Both the position numbers and the translations under genes were made by a program. Shown in pieces: positions 40,652-51,265 of a DNA stretch of 64,000 nt. This DNA comes from an uncultured delta proteobacterium (GTDB taxonomy: Bacteria > Desulfobacterota > Desulfomonilia > Desulfomonilales > Desulfomonilaceae). Position 1 is the first letter of the stretch. Each line of letters begins with the position of its first letter. Location of the stretch: positions 928,001-992,000 of the forward strand of contig CAWBKB010000001.1 in NCBI GenBank assembly GCA_963789265.1, written 5' to 3'. The notes under the pieces were generated by a model, which saw nothing but the letters and a program-made list of their open reading frames with translations, was not told the DNA's origin and did not search any database.

Positions 40652-41157
40652 TCCCCCGTGGTGACGGCTCTTCTTCGCAAGTCTCGACGGAACAGCTCTT
40701 GCTCCGGAAGGTCCAACCGCGCCTTTTCCACATCTTCCAGGCTAATTTCGAATCGGTCTCCATCAGCCTCGATCACAATCCTCGAATTTTCCATTCCTTG
40801 TAATATCCCATGAAAATTGCGTCTACCGGCCACTTTTCGGTTAGTCTTAATCCGGACCGGCGATCCGGCAAAGAGGCGGAAATCTTTATCTTTCCTGATG
40901 ACTCTATTGATCCCCGGAGAAGACACCTCAAGCGTGTAACGTCGGTCTATAGGGTCTTTTATATCGAGTAGGGCTCCTACCTGCCGGCTGACAAATTCGC
41001 AATCATCCAACGTCACACCTGTAGGGCTGTCAATGTAAAGCCTCAGGACCCATCGTCCTTCTTCGGGTTTGAACTCGATCTCGACCAGTTCCATGCCGTC
41101 CGGTTCCAATATCGGCTCGATCATGGCCCACAGCGAGTTTATGAGTTCCCGATCCAT
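40648..41157 (-). CDS. rimP: Ribosome maturation factor RimP
   Basis: VLRLYID, GVTLDDC, YTLEVSSPG; GGGGAG RBS before ATG 41157. Confidence 0.93.
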   Translation of the reverse strand: MDRELINSLWAMIEPILEPDGMELVEIEFKPEEGRWVLRLYIDSPTGVTLDDCEFVSRQVGALLDIKDPIDRRYTLEVSSPGINRVIRKDKDFRLFAGSPVRIKTNRKVAGRRNFHGILQGMENSRIVIEADGDRFEISLEDVEKARLDLPEQELFRRDLRRRAVTTGD

Positions 41158-41220
41158 TTCTCCCCTCGTGCGAGTCATATCCCTCGGGCTTTGCTTAAGA
41201 CCCTCGATCCGGGCCATAAT

Positions 41221-41246
41221 AAAAAACCCGGGGACGCAACCCGGGT
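41221..41246 (-). terminator. Terminator-like hairpin after tRNA-Gly
   Basis: Minus strand ACCCGGG-TTGCGTC-CCCGGGT followed by a T run. Confidence 0.65.
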
Positions 41247-41262
41247 GGTCTTCACCACTCTC

Positions 41263-41338
41263 TGGAGCGGGCAACGGGGCTCGAACCCGCGACATCAAGC
41301 TTGGGAAGCTTGCACTCTACCAACTGAGCTATGCCCGC
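41263..41338 (-). tRNA. tRNA-Gly(CCC)
   Basis: 76 nt GCGGGCATAGCTCAGTTGGTAGAG...CAAGC-TTCCCAA-GCTTG...GGTTCGAG...GCCCGCTCCA; cloverleaf with encoded CCA. Confidence 0.97.
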
Positions 41339-41393
41339 GCTCTTTTATATGTAACAACGAGTGCTTTCGAAGTCAAGCACTTTGAGTCTTGTT

Positions 41394-42719
41394 TCAATCA
41401 AGGGGTTCCGTTTTCAACGAGTCGATGCGCAACGCCTTAATGCGATTTCCTTCCATCTCCAGGATCTGGAAGCGCCATTCTTCGTAGTCTACGTAATCGC
41501 CGGCAGATGGAATCCTTCCCATTTTGTCCAGAACAAACCCCGCAAGAGTCGAATAATAGAGAGATTGAGGGAGGACAATCGAATGCAGCTCTCTCAGTTC
41601 GTGAAGAGTCATCAGACCGTCTACCACAAGGCCACGCGCGTAGTCCGGGAGAGTGGCATATCCGAGGCGGGGGGGGACCTCACTATCAATCTCTCCGATC
41701 AGTTCCTCCAGAATATCTTCGAGGGTGATAATGCCGTCCACAATTCCGTGCTCATCCACTACAACCGATAGTTGGACCTTGTTCTGCTGCATGGCAGCCA
41801 ACACTCGGTCCAATGGCTGGCCGCGGGCGGTGAAAGTGGCCGGCCGGATGAGGGCCGAAGCTGTTTGCGGCTCCTCATGGAGAAGCAAATCTTTCACGCT
41901 TACCAGGCCCAGGACATTTTCTCCCTCCGCATCGATAACCGGAAAGTTGGTAAAGGGATGTTTCTTATACGTTTTCAGAATCTTATTTTTGATGTTCGGG
42001 TCGTGCCGTGAATCGACCTTCACTGCGACTATCCTGTGCCGAGGTATCATAACATCTTCAACACGCGTCTGCGAAAGCCTGGTTACTCTGACCAGCATGT
42101 CGTAAATACGAGCCGGCATTTGCCTGCTTTCCACGAGTTCAGAGGCCATCATGCGAAGTTCTTCCGGGGTCAGTGCAGTCGTTTTGCTAGAAGGCCGAAT
42201 CCTGATGAGCTTGAAAACAGCCCTTGTCGAGGCTGTCAGGAGCCGAACCACGGGGTGCATAATTGCCGCAAAGATCCGGAAGGGGCGGGCCAGTATCAGA
42301 CTGATCCTACCGGGATAGCGGCGGGCCAACGATTTCGGGACGAGTTCGCCGACTACCAGGCTGATGTAGGAAATGGTGACCGTCGCTCCAAAGAGAGCAA
42401 GCGCCTTTCCAAAGGAGGATGAGGGAGACACCCCGGCGGCCGAAATCAGGGGCGAGAAGAGATCCTCGGCAAATGCGCCGGCAATAACTGAAGAAAGAGT
42501 TCCAATGAAGGTCACTCCGATCTGGACGGTAGCAAAAAAATCGTCAATATTCTTCTGAAGAAAAATTGCCGTCGACGCGCCGGGTATCTTTTCGTTTTCG
42601 AATCTTTTGAGCCGGGCTCGGGGTACAGATACGAGGGCTATCTCAATGCACGCGAACAGACTATTAACGAGAATCAGCAGTCCGATTACGCATACCAAGG
42701 TTGGCAAGGTTGCCATCAT
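41394..42719 (-). CDS. CNNM/CBS/CorC hemolysin-family membrane protein
   Basis: EIALVS, TVQIGVT, VVGELVPKSLA, VVDEHG, TLEDILEELIGEI, STLAGF. Confidence 0.9.
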   Translation of the reverse strand: MMATLPTLVCVIGLLILVNSLFACIEIALVSVPRARLKRFENEKIPGASTAIFLQKNIDDFFATVQIGVTFIGTLSSVIAGAFAEDLFSPLISAAGVSPSSSFGKALALFGATVTISYISLVVGELVPKSLARRYPGRISLILARPFRIFAAIMHPVVRLLTASTRAVFKLIRIRPSSKTTALTPEELRMMASELVESRQMPARIYDMLVRVTRLSQTRVEDVMIPRHRIVAVKVDSRHDPNIKNKILKTYKKHPFTNFPVIDAEGENVLGLVSVKDLLLHEEPQTASALIRPATFTARGQPLDRVLAAMQQNKVQLSVVVDEHGIVDGIITLEDILEELIGEIDSEVPPRLGYATLPDYARGLVVDGLMTLHELRELHSIVLPQSLYYSTLAGFVLDKMGRIPSAGDYVDYEEWRFQILEMEGNRIKALRIDSLKTEPLD

Positions 42720-42898
42720 AACCTCCGGGGCAGGCGCGTCTGTATTTAGATTAGAGGTTTGCGGGAGGAATTGTAAACCTATGTGTGCTCTATCAAGAGG
42801 GAGAAGAGTTCAGTTGTGTCGGTTTTCCCGTTGCAAAGACCTTACTCCAAGAGCGTCGTCCCGACGCCGCGCAGGGGGGCATAAGCAATTCTTGCGAA

Positions 42899-44803
42899 TT
42901 AGAGCATCTTGTCGTTGATCGAAACCTTGGAGTTATCTTCGAAAAGCCGCATCCATCCCTTCAGAAACTCTGTCTTCCGAACTTCGACCACCCATCTTTT
43001 CAGTTCTTCAGATTCCTTCGAATACTTCTCCTCGCTTGCCTTTTTCACCCCTACGAGTCGGACAATCGCCGCCCCCTCGGGAGTTGGAACGGGAGCCTCA
43101 AATATAGGGGTAGCCGTGGACAATGTAGTCAGCATCTCGTTTACTTCAGGGGAGCTTCCAAGTTTTGGGATGAAGCCGCCGGTACGAGACACAGGATCGA
43201 GCTTCTCCCACGTCAGTCCGTCCTTTTTTGCCACCGCTTCAGGATCGTTAGGCTCCTTTTTCAATGCCTCGATAACTACTTCCGCCTTCTTGCGGGCCTC
43301 CAGCATGGCCTGCTGCTTGAGGTAATCTTTCTCAACCGCGCTTCGAACCTCATCCAATGTAGGCAAGTGCTCTTTAGTCCTTTTAAGGAGCTTCATAAGC
43401 ACATAATCATCCCCGACTTTCAAAAGTTTGGAGATGTCCCCGGTTTTCAATTGAAAGGCTTCATCCATTACCTTGGGATCACTGCCCAAATTCGGGATTC
43501 CTTCAGCCTTGGTTACAGAATCCGCTTGCTTGACCGGAAGGTTGAACTCCTTTGCAGGTCCCTGGATGTCTTCGGCCCGGTAGACCTTTTCATAGTACGC
43601 CCCAGAGATGGCCTTTGCTTTTTTGCGAGCCTTCACTTCGAGCAGCTTTGCAACGATCTTGTCCTTGACTGCTGCAAAACTTAGTTCTTTTTCAGGCTTC
43701 TTCTCCTCAACCTTTATCAGGTCATAGCCCTGCCCGGTAAAGATCGGCTTTGAGACCTCACCAACTTTGAGCTTAAAAGCCGCCGCGCCCACTGCCCGAT
43801 TCAGACTGCCACGTGTAAAGAAACCCAGATCGCCCCCTTTAGCGGCAGTGGCCTCATCCTGTGACTCGCTCTGGGCTAATTTCGCGAAGTCTTCTCCCGC
43901 CTTGATCTTGGCCAAAATTTCTTCGGCCTTCTTGTGTATTTCCTCACGCGCTTTTTTGTCGGCCCCCGGAGGAATCTTCAAGAGAATATGTCTGGCACGA
44001 ACTTTCTCAGGTTCCGTGAATTCTTTCGGATGGTTGTGAAAGTACGCCTGGGCTTCCTCATCTGAAACGGATAAGCTCTTCTGAAAGTCGCGCCAGGAGA
44101 AGGCAACGTACTGGAGATTCAGAGAGGCCGGAATCTCGTACTTCGATTGGTGATCTTTGAAGTATGCCTCTAGATCTTTGGTGTCAGGTGGCTTTTTTTC
44201 ACTAGATTCGTTGGCCTTGACGAGGAGTACGGACAGGAGAAGCTTGTCATTTTGAAAGTGCCATAGCTGCTTTATCTCTTTGGGATCTGCCGTTACTGCG
44301 TCGCTCAACAGGCGGACGACTTGCTGTTCGAGTAGTTCTTGCTTGCGCAAGGATTCGTAATCGGACGGGTTTTGTTTGATAGACCTCAGATAGTTTCTAT
44401 AGAGGCCGACATCGAAAACTCCATCCCTTTGGAAAAGGGGATTGGACCTAATGTCCTGCACAACGTCTCGGTCGGTTACCACAAGACCCAGGCGGCCGGC
44501 CTCCTGGATCAGGAGCACCCGGTCCACAAGACCTTGGAGCACCTTCTTCTTCAAATTCAGCTTCTGCAGGAGGTCCGGGGGCAGTGAGCCTTTGTACCTG
44601 AGCCTGATCTTTTCCATTTCGTTTTCGTACACGTTATAGAAGTGATCGTAAGTGATGACCGTTCCGTTGATCTTTGCAACATAGTTGCCCGATCTTCCTC
44701 CGGGTCCCGACCAGCCGTACCAGAAGATAAACGTTATAATGATGCCGCCCAGGGCTACTTTAATGAGCCAGGAGCGAGCATGTTTTCTCATCAGATCGAG
44801 CAC
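42899..44803 (-). CDS. PpiD/SurA-like parvulin peptidyl-prolyl isomerase chaperone
   Basis: N-terminal TM, VAKING, VRARHILL, GEDFAKLA, KGGDLGFF. Confidence 0.88.
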   Translation of the reverse strand: MLDLMRKHARSWLIKVALGGIIITFIFWYGWSGPGGRSGNYVAKINGTVITYDHFYNVYENEMEKIRLRYKGSLPPDLLQKLNLKKKVLQGLVDRVLLIQEAGRLGLVVTDRDVVQDIRSNPLFQRDGVFDVGLYRNYLRSIKQNPSDYESLRKQELLEQQVVRLLSDAVTADPKEIKQLWHFQNDKLLLSVLLVKANESSEKKPPDTKDLEAYFKDHQSKYEIPASLNLQYVAFSWRDFQKSLSVSDEEAQAYFHNHPKEFTEPEKVRARHILLKIPPGADKKAREEIHKKAEEILAKIKAGEDFAKLAQSESQDEATAAKGGDLGFFTRGSLNRAVGAAAFKLKVGEVSKPIFTGQGYDLIKVEEKKPEKELSFAAVKDKIVAKLLEVKARKKAKAISGAYYEKVYRAEDIQGPAKEFNLPVKQADSVTKAEGIPNLGSDPKVMDEAFQLKTGDISKLLKVGDDYVLMKLLKRTKEHLPTLDEVRSAVEKDYLKQQAMLEARKKAEVVIEALKKEPNDPEAVAKKDGLTWEKLDPVSRTGGFIPKLGSSPEVNEMLTTLSTATPIFEAPVPTPEGAAIVRLVGVKKASEEKYSKESEELKRWVVEVRKTEFLKGWMRLFEDNSKVSINDKML

Positions 44804-44972
44804 GAGCCTCTCCTTTCCCGTAATCAGGGGATCGAGTGGATGATAAGAGTACCAAGTTTTCTTGTCAATGAGCCGGGGCCGGAAAAATCAGCACTTGATC
44901 ATATCATCGCCTTCTGTTAGATTTCGCCAAAATTTCTCATAAGTAAGACCTTCATGCCGGAACAAGTGCCCC

Positions 44973-46013
44973 ATGTTGTTTGACGCGCTCACAGGAGTCT
45001 TCTCCAATGATATGGCAGTCGATTTGGGGACAGCCAACACTCTTGTATACGTGCGGGGAAGGGGGGTTATCCTATCCGAACCTTCCGTAGTAGCCGTGAA
45101 GACCGACCTGAGACGCGGTCCCCGAATAGTTGCGGTCGGAACAGACGCGAAAAAGATGCTGGGGCGGACACCGGACAACATAAGGGCAATACGTCCCATG
45201 AAGGACGGGGTTATAGCGGATTTTGAAGTCACCGAAGCAATGCTGAAACATTTTATTTTCAAAATCCACCGCCGTCGTCATCTGGTCAAGCCGAGAATCG
45301 TGGTGTGTATACCGTCCGGTATAACCCAGGTTGAAATGCGAGCAGTCAGAGATGCAGCAAAAAGTGCCGGCGCCCGGGAGGTCTTCCTCGTCGAGGAGCC
45401 TATAGCCGCAGCCATAGGGGCTAACCTTCCCATAACCGAACCGACAAGCAGCATGATTGTCGACATCGGTGGAGGAACAACCGAGGTGGCGATCATATCC
45501 ATGTCCGACATCGTATATTCGAAATCATTGCGGGTTGCCGGCGACAAGATCGACAGTACCATCATACGGTACATCAAGCAGAAGTACAGCCTACTTATTG
45601 GCGAGAGGACCGCTGAGATGATAAAGATGATGATCGGGACGGCCTGCTTTATCAATGAAAAAGACGAAGAGATCATTGAGGTCAAAGGCCGTGACCTCAT
45701 AGCAGGCATTCCCAAAATTATTGGTCTGCGGGCGAGTGAGGTGACCGAAGCAATATCGGAACCGGTCCGAGCCATTGTCGAAACCGTTAAGACAGCATTG
45801 GAACAGACCCCGCCGGAGCTGGCTGCTGATATAGTGGATAATGGTATCGTCCTCACCGGCGGTGGCTCCCTTCTGAAGAATCTGGACGAGCTGATCCGTC
45901 GCGAAACCGGCTTACCGGTTATCGTCGCGGACGATCCACTGTCGACTGTTGTTATAGGCTCAGGGTTGGTATTCGAGCATTTCGACCTTCTCAAAGAAGT
46001 TTTGGTCAAGTAA
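44973..46013 (+). CDS. mreB: Rod shape-determining protein MreB
   Basis: DLGTANT, EPSVVA, RPMKDGVIADF, DIGGGTTE, LTGGGS. Confidence 0.97.
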   Translation: MLFDALTGVFSNDMAVDLGTANTLVYVRGRGVILSEPSVVAVKTDLRRGPRIVAVGTDAKKMLGRTPDNIRAIRPMKDGVIADFEVTEAMLKHFIFKIHRRRHLVKPRIVVCIPSGITQVEMRAVRDAAKSAGAREVFLVEEPIAAAIGANLPITEPTSSMIVDIGGGTTEVAIISMSDIVYSKSLRVAGDKIDSTIIRYIKQKYSLLIGERTAEMIKMMIGTACFINEKDEEIIEVKGRDLIAGIPKIIGLRASEVTEAISEPVRAIVETVKTALEQTPPELAADIVDNGIVLTGGGSLLKNLDELIRRETGLPVIVADDPLSTVVIGSGLVFEHFDLLKEVLVK

Positions 46014-46189
46014 TCGTGTCTTGCAGGAAAAGTATTTGCTGCCCCGGCATCGTAAGCGCAAACCGCGAGGGCGGGCCCGATAAGCATGTGCTCTCACCCA
46101 AATTTGACGATTCGTCCACATCTCGCAAGAATCGACCTCAGCGCGATTTTCCGCTCTATTTTGATTAACGGGATTGAATTCTATTCGCC

Positions 46190-47035
46190 ATGCCCCGATC
46201 CATTCGCGACATTGCCATTGTCTTAATCCTCATAGGAGCTGCTCTTCTAGTTCTGTTCTCTTATTCCAAGACATCCGAAGGCGGACCGTTTTGTGGGGTA
46301 ATTTATACCACCTTGCGCCCTTTTCAGCAGGCAGTCACTACTATCCACAACAGGGTAAGGAGCGTCTGGGAGTCTTATGTTATCCTGATAAACGTGCGCG
46401 CTGAAAATGATGCTCTGAAGAAAGAAATTAGGGGATTGAAAAGCGATAAAGCGATCTTGTCGGACATGGAGAGCGAAAACAAGCGACTCAAGAAGTTGTT
46501 GGGGCTCAAGGCAAGCCATGAATTCCCGTCCGTTGCAGCTCAGGTGATCGGCGAAGACGCGTCGGGATGGTATCGGACGTTGTTAATTAATAGAGGCTCA
46601 GAAGACGGGGTGCATCCGTACATGCCAGTCACGGTGGCCGAAGGAGTGGTGGGGCGAGTGGACGGTTGCTCGAGCGACATGGCCAGAGTGCTGTTGTTGA
46701 CCGACCCGAATCATTCTGTGGATTGTCGGGTCGCTCGGACGCGCGATCGAGGGGTCCTGACCGGATCTCTGGAACGAGGCTGCGTCCTGAGATTCATAAA
46801 CCTGAGATCCGGGATTCAGCCGGGGGATGAGGTGATTACATCGGGGCTGGACGGAATTTTTCCTCGAGGTTTGCCCGTCGGTAAGGTGGAAACGATACAG
46901 AAGGGGTATCAAGGTCTTTACTGGAAGGCGCGGGTAAAACCCGCTGTGGACTTTTCGGAGATTGAGGAAGTCCTTGTTGTCCTGCGGCAACAGGGAGGAT
47001 TTGACATCCGGCCGGGTTTGGAGGATAAAAATTGA
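46190..47035 (+). CDS. mreC: Rod shape-determining protein MreC
   Basis: TM then coiled coil ENKRLKKLL, INRGSEDGV, TSGLDGIFPRGLPVG. Confidence 0.93.
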   Translation: MPRSIRDIAIVLILIGAALLVLFSYSKTSEGGPFCGVIYTTLRPFQQAVTTIHNRVRSVWESYVILINVRAENDALKKEIRGLKSDKAILSDMESENKRLKKLLGLKASHEFPSVAAQVIGEDASGWYRTLLINRGSEDGVHPYMPVTVAEGVVGRVDGCSSDMARVLLLTDPNHSVDCRVARTRDRGVLTGSLERGCVLRFINLRSGIQPGDEVITSGLDGIFPRGLPVGKVETIQKGYQGLYWKARVKPAVDFSEIEEVLVVLRQQGGFDIRPGLEDKN

Positions 47036-47532
47036 GAGAACTTATGTTTATCCTTCTCTTCGGAATGGCGGCACTTGTGCTGCAAGTCACCTCCTGGGCA
47101 TTTCTAATTCCTGGAGCTTACAAGCCGGACCTCATTATGATTTTGGTTCTTTGGGCGAGCCTGAGAATGAGTTTCGTCATAGGCGTAGGCTTCGCATATA
47201 CAGGAGGAATGGCCGTCGATCTTCTTTCAGGTTCTCCCGTGGGCCTCTTCGCCATCATCTATTGCTTGCTTTTCGTGGTGTGCGACTATTTAAACTCCAA
47301 CTTCCGTATGGACGACCTGCAGGGTCGCGCCGTAACAGTCTTTGGATCGACGCTAATAGCTGCCTTCATAGTGCTCTGCGTACGGCGCTTGGCAGGCCCT
47401 GTTGAAGTGGGTCGGCACCTGTGCCAGTGGGTTGTGCTGAAATCAATGATTGCAGCAACGGCGTCTCTGCCGATCTTTGCTCTGGTTGATCGTGCGTGGA
47501 CTGCTTATTCGCGTCTTGCGAGAGTGCCTTGA
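47032..47532 (+). CDS. mreD: Rod shape-determining protein MreD
   Basis: Hydrophobic; PDL and GMAVDLLSG; between mreC and mrdA. Confidence 0.85.
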   Translation: MRELMFILLFGMAALVLQVTSWAFLIPGAYKPDLIMILVLWASLRMSFVIGVGFAYTGGMAVDLLSGSPVGLFAIIYCLLFVVCDYLNSNFRMDDLQGRAVTVFGSTLIAAFIVLCVRRLAGPVEVGRHLCQWVVLKSMIAATASLPIFALVDRAWTAYSRLARVP

Positions 47533-47736
47533 CCGGTGGTCGTCATTGGCGGCCGGCTGTGGGCGGATATGAGACCGGAGTCTCAGTGTGTCTCGAAAGG
47601 ATGAGCAGGATGCCCATAGATACATATCCGAGGGCGGGAACGGATCAAGCCCTGCGGCACGTGCTACTAATGGAGCCGAGCTGAAGAAAGATTTCCGAAT
47701 GCCTGGAAATCGCGGCCATTTTGAGGTCGAAAATAC

Positions 47737-49578
47737 ATGGCCAACTTGCCGTCACGTGACAACTCCGTCGAATACTTCGCCCCGCGTATATGGATTACAA
47801 TCGTGGTCGTGCTGGCAACGATGGGCGTTCTTGCTGCCAGACTGTGGTATCTCCAACTCATCAAAGGAGAATCTTATGCCGAGATGTCCCGGGGCAATCG
47901 CGTCCGACTCTTTCGCCTGCCGCCTTCGCGCGGAAGAATTTTGGACGCCACCGGCCGGGTCCTGGCGGAGAATAGACCCAGCTTCACTATTTCCATCCTG
48001 CCGGCGGAATTGGAACACTCCCGCAAGGTAATTCAAGTCTGTTCCTCGGTACTCGGGATAACCGAGGAAAAGATACGCAAATTGATCGAGCGAAGCCGCT
48101 CCATCCCCAAGTATATGACCTTTCCCATCAAAAAGAATGTAAGTCTGGAAGAAGTTTCGCTGATAAAGTCCCGTGCAGCAGATTGTAAAGAACTGGTCCT
48201 CGAAATAAAGCCTCTGAGGCTCTATCCGTTCCACGAAACCCTTTGCCACGAGATCGGCAACCTGCGGGAGGTCTCGCCGCAGGAATTGGCAAAGGGATCT
48301 CGAGTCGGGTATCGCACTGGTGACTTGATCGGCAAAACAGGAATTGAAAAGGAATACGAGACCTACCTGAAGGGGGAGGAAGGATGGGAACAGGTAGAGA
48401 TAGACGCCAAGGGGCGGCATCTTAAGTCACTGGCAACCAAGCCTCCCAAAACGGGTGCCGATGTGTACCTGACGGTGGATGCGGATTTCCAGAATTATGT
48501 TGAAAAAGTTTTCACCCGGCGAGCGGGTTCAGTGGTCGCGGTGGATCCGGACACGGGACGCGTTCTTGCCATGGTCAGCAAACCGGGCTTTGATCTGAAC
48601 CTTTTTTCCCATTCTATCACCGATCGTCAGTGGAAAACGTTGTACAGCGATCCTCTGCATCCTCTCGAAAACAGATCCATCAGGGGGCTTTATTCTCCAG
48701 CCAGTACATTCAAGATTGTGACGGCCTTAGCGGCTGTTTCTGTGGGAATGGTCACTCCGAAAGAGACATTCGTTTGCAAGGGAAAACTCGAGCTGGGGGG
48801 AGAAATATTTCGATGCTGGAACGAGTACGGTCATGGCAAGGTACAATTTCACAAGGCTATCGTTGAATCGTGCGACATTTACTTTTATCAGGTTGGTCTC
48901 AGGTTGGGCCCCGAGCGAATAGCACGCTACGCTTCTCTTCTGGGGTTGGGTACTCCTACGGGTATCAGTCTCCCGCAGGAACTGCCGGGGCTTATCCCCA
49001 CGCCCGCGTGGAAACTGCGCACATACGGAGATTCCTGGAAAGACGGCGAAACGCTTAACATTGCCATCGGCCAGGGCTATCTTTGCTCGACTCCCCTTCA
49101 GCTTGCCATGATGACCGCTGCTGTAGCCAACGGAGGCAAGATTCTCAGACCGGCTATAGTACAGCGAATAGTTGCTCCGGATGGCCATGTTATCTTTGGA
49201 CATTCCCCGGTAGTTCGGTGGACCCTCCCTGTGAAACAGGGAGAGCTCGACGAATTGCGTTCGGCACTTACCGATGTGGTCGCGGATAAAAAGGGAACCG
49301 GCCGGAGGTGTCGCATACCGGGCATCACGATCAGCGCCAAGACCGGAACGTCACAGGTTATACGGGTCAAACAAAGGGCCAAAGAAGATGATCAGATTCC
49401 ATATCACGAGCGGACCCACGCCATGTTCGTGGCCTATGTGAATAACAGGCCGAAAAAAATTGCCCTGGCCGTCATTGTGGAGCATGGAGGAGGCGGAGGA
49501 GCCAGTGCTGCACCTATTGCCCGAAAAATCATCGCCCGTTATTATGGTTTAGCCGATCCCGGCGATCCACGCGAGTAA
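47737..49578 (+). CDS. mrdA: Penicillin-binding protein 2
   Basis: RLWYLQ, RGRILD, GKTGIE, STFK (SxxK), SCD, KTGT. Confidence 0.93.
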   Translation: MANLPSRDNSVEYFAPRIWITIVVVLATMGVLAARLWYLQLIKGESYAEMSRGNRVRLFRLPPSRGRILDATGRVLAENRPSFTISILPAELEHSRKVIQVCSSVLGITEEKIRKLIERSRSIPKYMTFPIKKNVSLEEVSLIKSRAADCKELVLEIKPLRLYPFHETLCHEIGNLREVSPQELAKGSRVGYRTGDLIGKTGIEKEYETYLKGEEGWEQVEIDAKGRHLKSLATKPPKTGADVYLTVDADFQNYVEKVFTRRAGSVVAVDPDTGRVLAMVSKPGFDLNLFSHSITDRQWKTLYSDPLHPLENRSIRGLYSPASTFKIVTALAAVSVGMVTPKETFVCKGKLELGGEIFRCWNEYGHGKVQFHKAIVESCDIYFYQVGLRLGPERIARYASLLGLGTPTGISLPQELPGLIPTPAWKLRTYGDSWKDGETLNIAIGQGYLCSTPLQLAMMTAAVANGGKILRPAIVQRIVAPDGHVIFGHSPVVRWTLPVKQGELDELRSALTDVVADKKGTGRRCRIPGITISAKTGTSQVIRVKQRAKEDDQIPYHERTHAMFVAYVNNRPKKIALAVIVEHGGGGGASAAPIARKIIARYYGLADPGDPRE

Positions 49579-49597
49579 TGGGGGCCTATTTCCAAAT

Positions 49598-50725
49598 ATG
49601 ACTTCGCTCCAATTCAAACTAAGCCGACGTCCTTTGGCCCTCTTTGATTGGCCGTTGATGTTGATTGCTCTCGCGTTGTCGGGGATAGGACTATGTCTCA
49701 TCTTCAGTGCGACAGCTCAGATGGGTGAGGGGGGACGCTACTTCGTCATCAAGCAGATGACATGGTGCAGTCTTGGCCTGGTCTTGCTGGCCCTATTCCT
49801 GCTCTTTGACTATAGGCTGTTGGAACAGTGGGCGCTCTGGCTCTATCTGATTATTGTGGTGGCCCTTATTGGAGTGTGGGTGCTCGGCAAGGCCACGGCA
49901 GGGTCAAGGAGGTGGATAGAACTTGGGCTGCTGAGGTTTCAGCCGTCGGAGTTTGCGAAGCTGGTGGTGGTAATCGTTCTCGCCAAATACTTCCACAGCC
50001 GAGCCGGGAAGGAGGATCCGCAGTTCACGGATCTGCTCTATCCCGTTCTGCTGCTGGCTGTCCCTGTGCTCCTTGTTCTCATTCAACCCGATCTGGGGAC
50101 CGCGGCCGTGATGGTTCTTATCGCCCTATCAATGACTCTCTTTGCCGGGGTTGGGCGGCGAGCGCTGTTGTGGGTGGCCGGGGTCACGATATGTGTGATC
50201 CCTGTCCTGCTGCTAGCCGGGGACCGGTTTCTCATGGAATATCAGAAGAAGAGGCTTATCACGTTTTTGAATCCTAACTACGATCCTCTTGGCGCAGGCT
50301 ATCACATAATTCAGTCGCAGATTGCTATCGGCTCAGGGGGCATTTGGGGCCAAGGACTTCTCAAAGGGACCCAGAATCAACTGATGTTCCTGCCTGTGAA
50401 GCACACTGACTTCATTTTCTCGATCTTGGCCGAGGAATGGGGCTTCGTGGGTTGCGCCCTGGTGCTGCTGCTCTTTACCGCTCTATTTCTCAGGGGATTT
50501 TCGGCGGCAGGTAAAGCGCGTGACAATTTCGGGGCTCTTCTTGCCTTCGGCTGCACTATGGTCCTCTTTTGGCACGTAGTGATAAATGTCGGAATGGTGA
50601 CCGGCTTGTTGCCCGTGGTGGGGGTACTTCTGAGCTTTTTGAGCTACGGCGGCTCTTCGCTTCTGGTCTCGTTCCTATCCGTGGCTGTTCTGATCAGCGT
50701 GAGAATGCGGCGCTTTTCCTATTAG
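49598..50725 (+). CDS. rodA: Rod shape-determining protein RodA
   Basis: FQPSEFAK, QPDLGT, GYHIIQSQIAIGSGG, HTDFIF, SYGGSS. Confidence 0.94.
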   Translation: MTSLQFKLSRRPLALFDWPLMLIALALSGIGLCLIFSATAQMGEGGRYFVIKQMTWCSLGLVLLALFLLFDYRLLEQWALWLYLIIVVALIGVWVLGKATAGSRRWIELGLLRFQPSEFAKLVVVIVLAKYFHSRAGKEDPQFTDLLYPVLLLAVPVLLVLIQPDLGTAAVMVLIALSMTLFAGVGRRALLWVAGVTICVIPVLLLAGDRFLMEYQKKRLITFLNPNYDPLGAGYHIIQSQIAIGSGGIWGQGLLKGTQNQLMFLPVKHTDFIFSILAEEWGFVGCALVLLLFTALFLRGFSAAGKARDNFGALLAFGCTMVLFWHVVINVGMVTGLLPVVGVLLSFLSYGGSSLLVSFLSVAVLISVRMRRFSY

Positions 50726-50874
50726 AGAATAGCTGCCCCGCGGGGCGGCCTCGACTATGATAGTGAAATAAAAGTAGGTTGCAGGCAGGGACGCGAGGCA
50801 TGGATTCCCACGCGGTGCCCGGGAGCGCGAACTTGACCGACTTCCGTGGCACGATTCCGGGCATCAAAATTTTA

Positions 50875-51093
50875 GTAATCATTCACCGCGGAGATCGCAG
50901 AGATCGCGAAGGGTTCTGTTTTCTGTGCCATTCTCCCAGGTGAGGCGCAATGGATTCCGGTCTCTGGCACTGAAGGTGCTACCGGCCTGACTGAGTAGCC
51001 CCGCAACTTATGTGGGCTTGCGGAAGGCCATTTTTTCTCTCTGCGTTCTCGGCGCACTCTGCGGTGAATCCTAATTGCCCGCTGAACGGTTAC
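50875..51093. mobile_element. 219-bp MITE with 8-bp TSD (IS66-like ends)
   Basis: GTAATCATTCA ... TGAACGGTTAC flanked by AAATTTTA at 50867-50874 and 51094-51101; internal CACCGC-family inverted pair. Confidence 0.75.
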
Positions 51094-51265
51094 AAATTTT
51101 ATTCAGACCGCCTCCTCCATGTGCCACTACCTCATGCACACACCAGGTCCCGCGGGACACCCTTCCAGAAGTGCCAAGCTTGCCGCTTTGAAGGTCGGTC
51201 CGTACAATACAACTCATTTGGTAGGGCATTACTTCAAAAATACCCGAGAAACTCTTTGAAGCGGC

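Noticed and set aside
41263..41338. tRNA-targeted genomic island
   Set aside because: No integrase and no duplicated tRNA 3' end seen; housekeeping genes lie on both sides.
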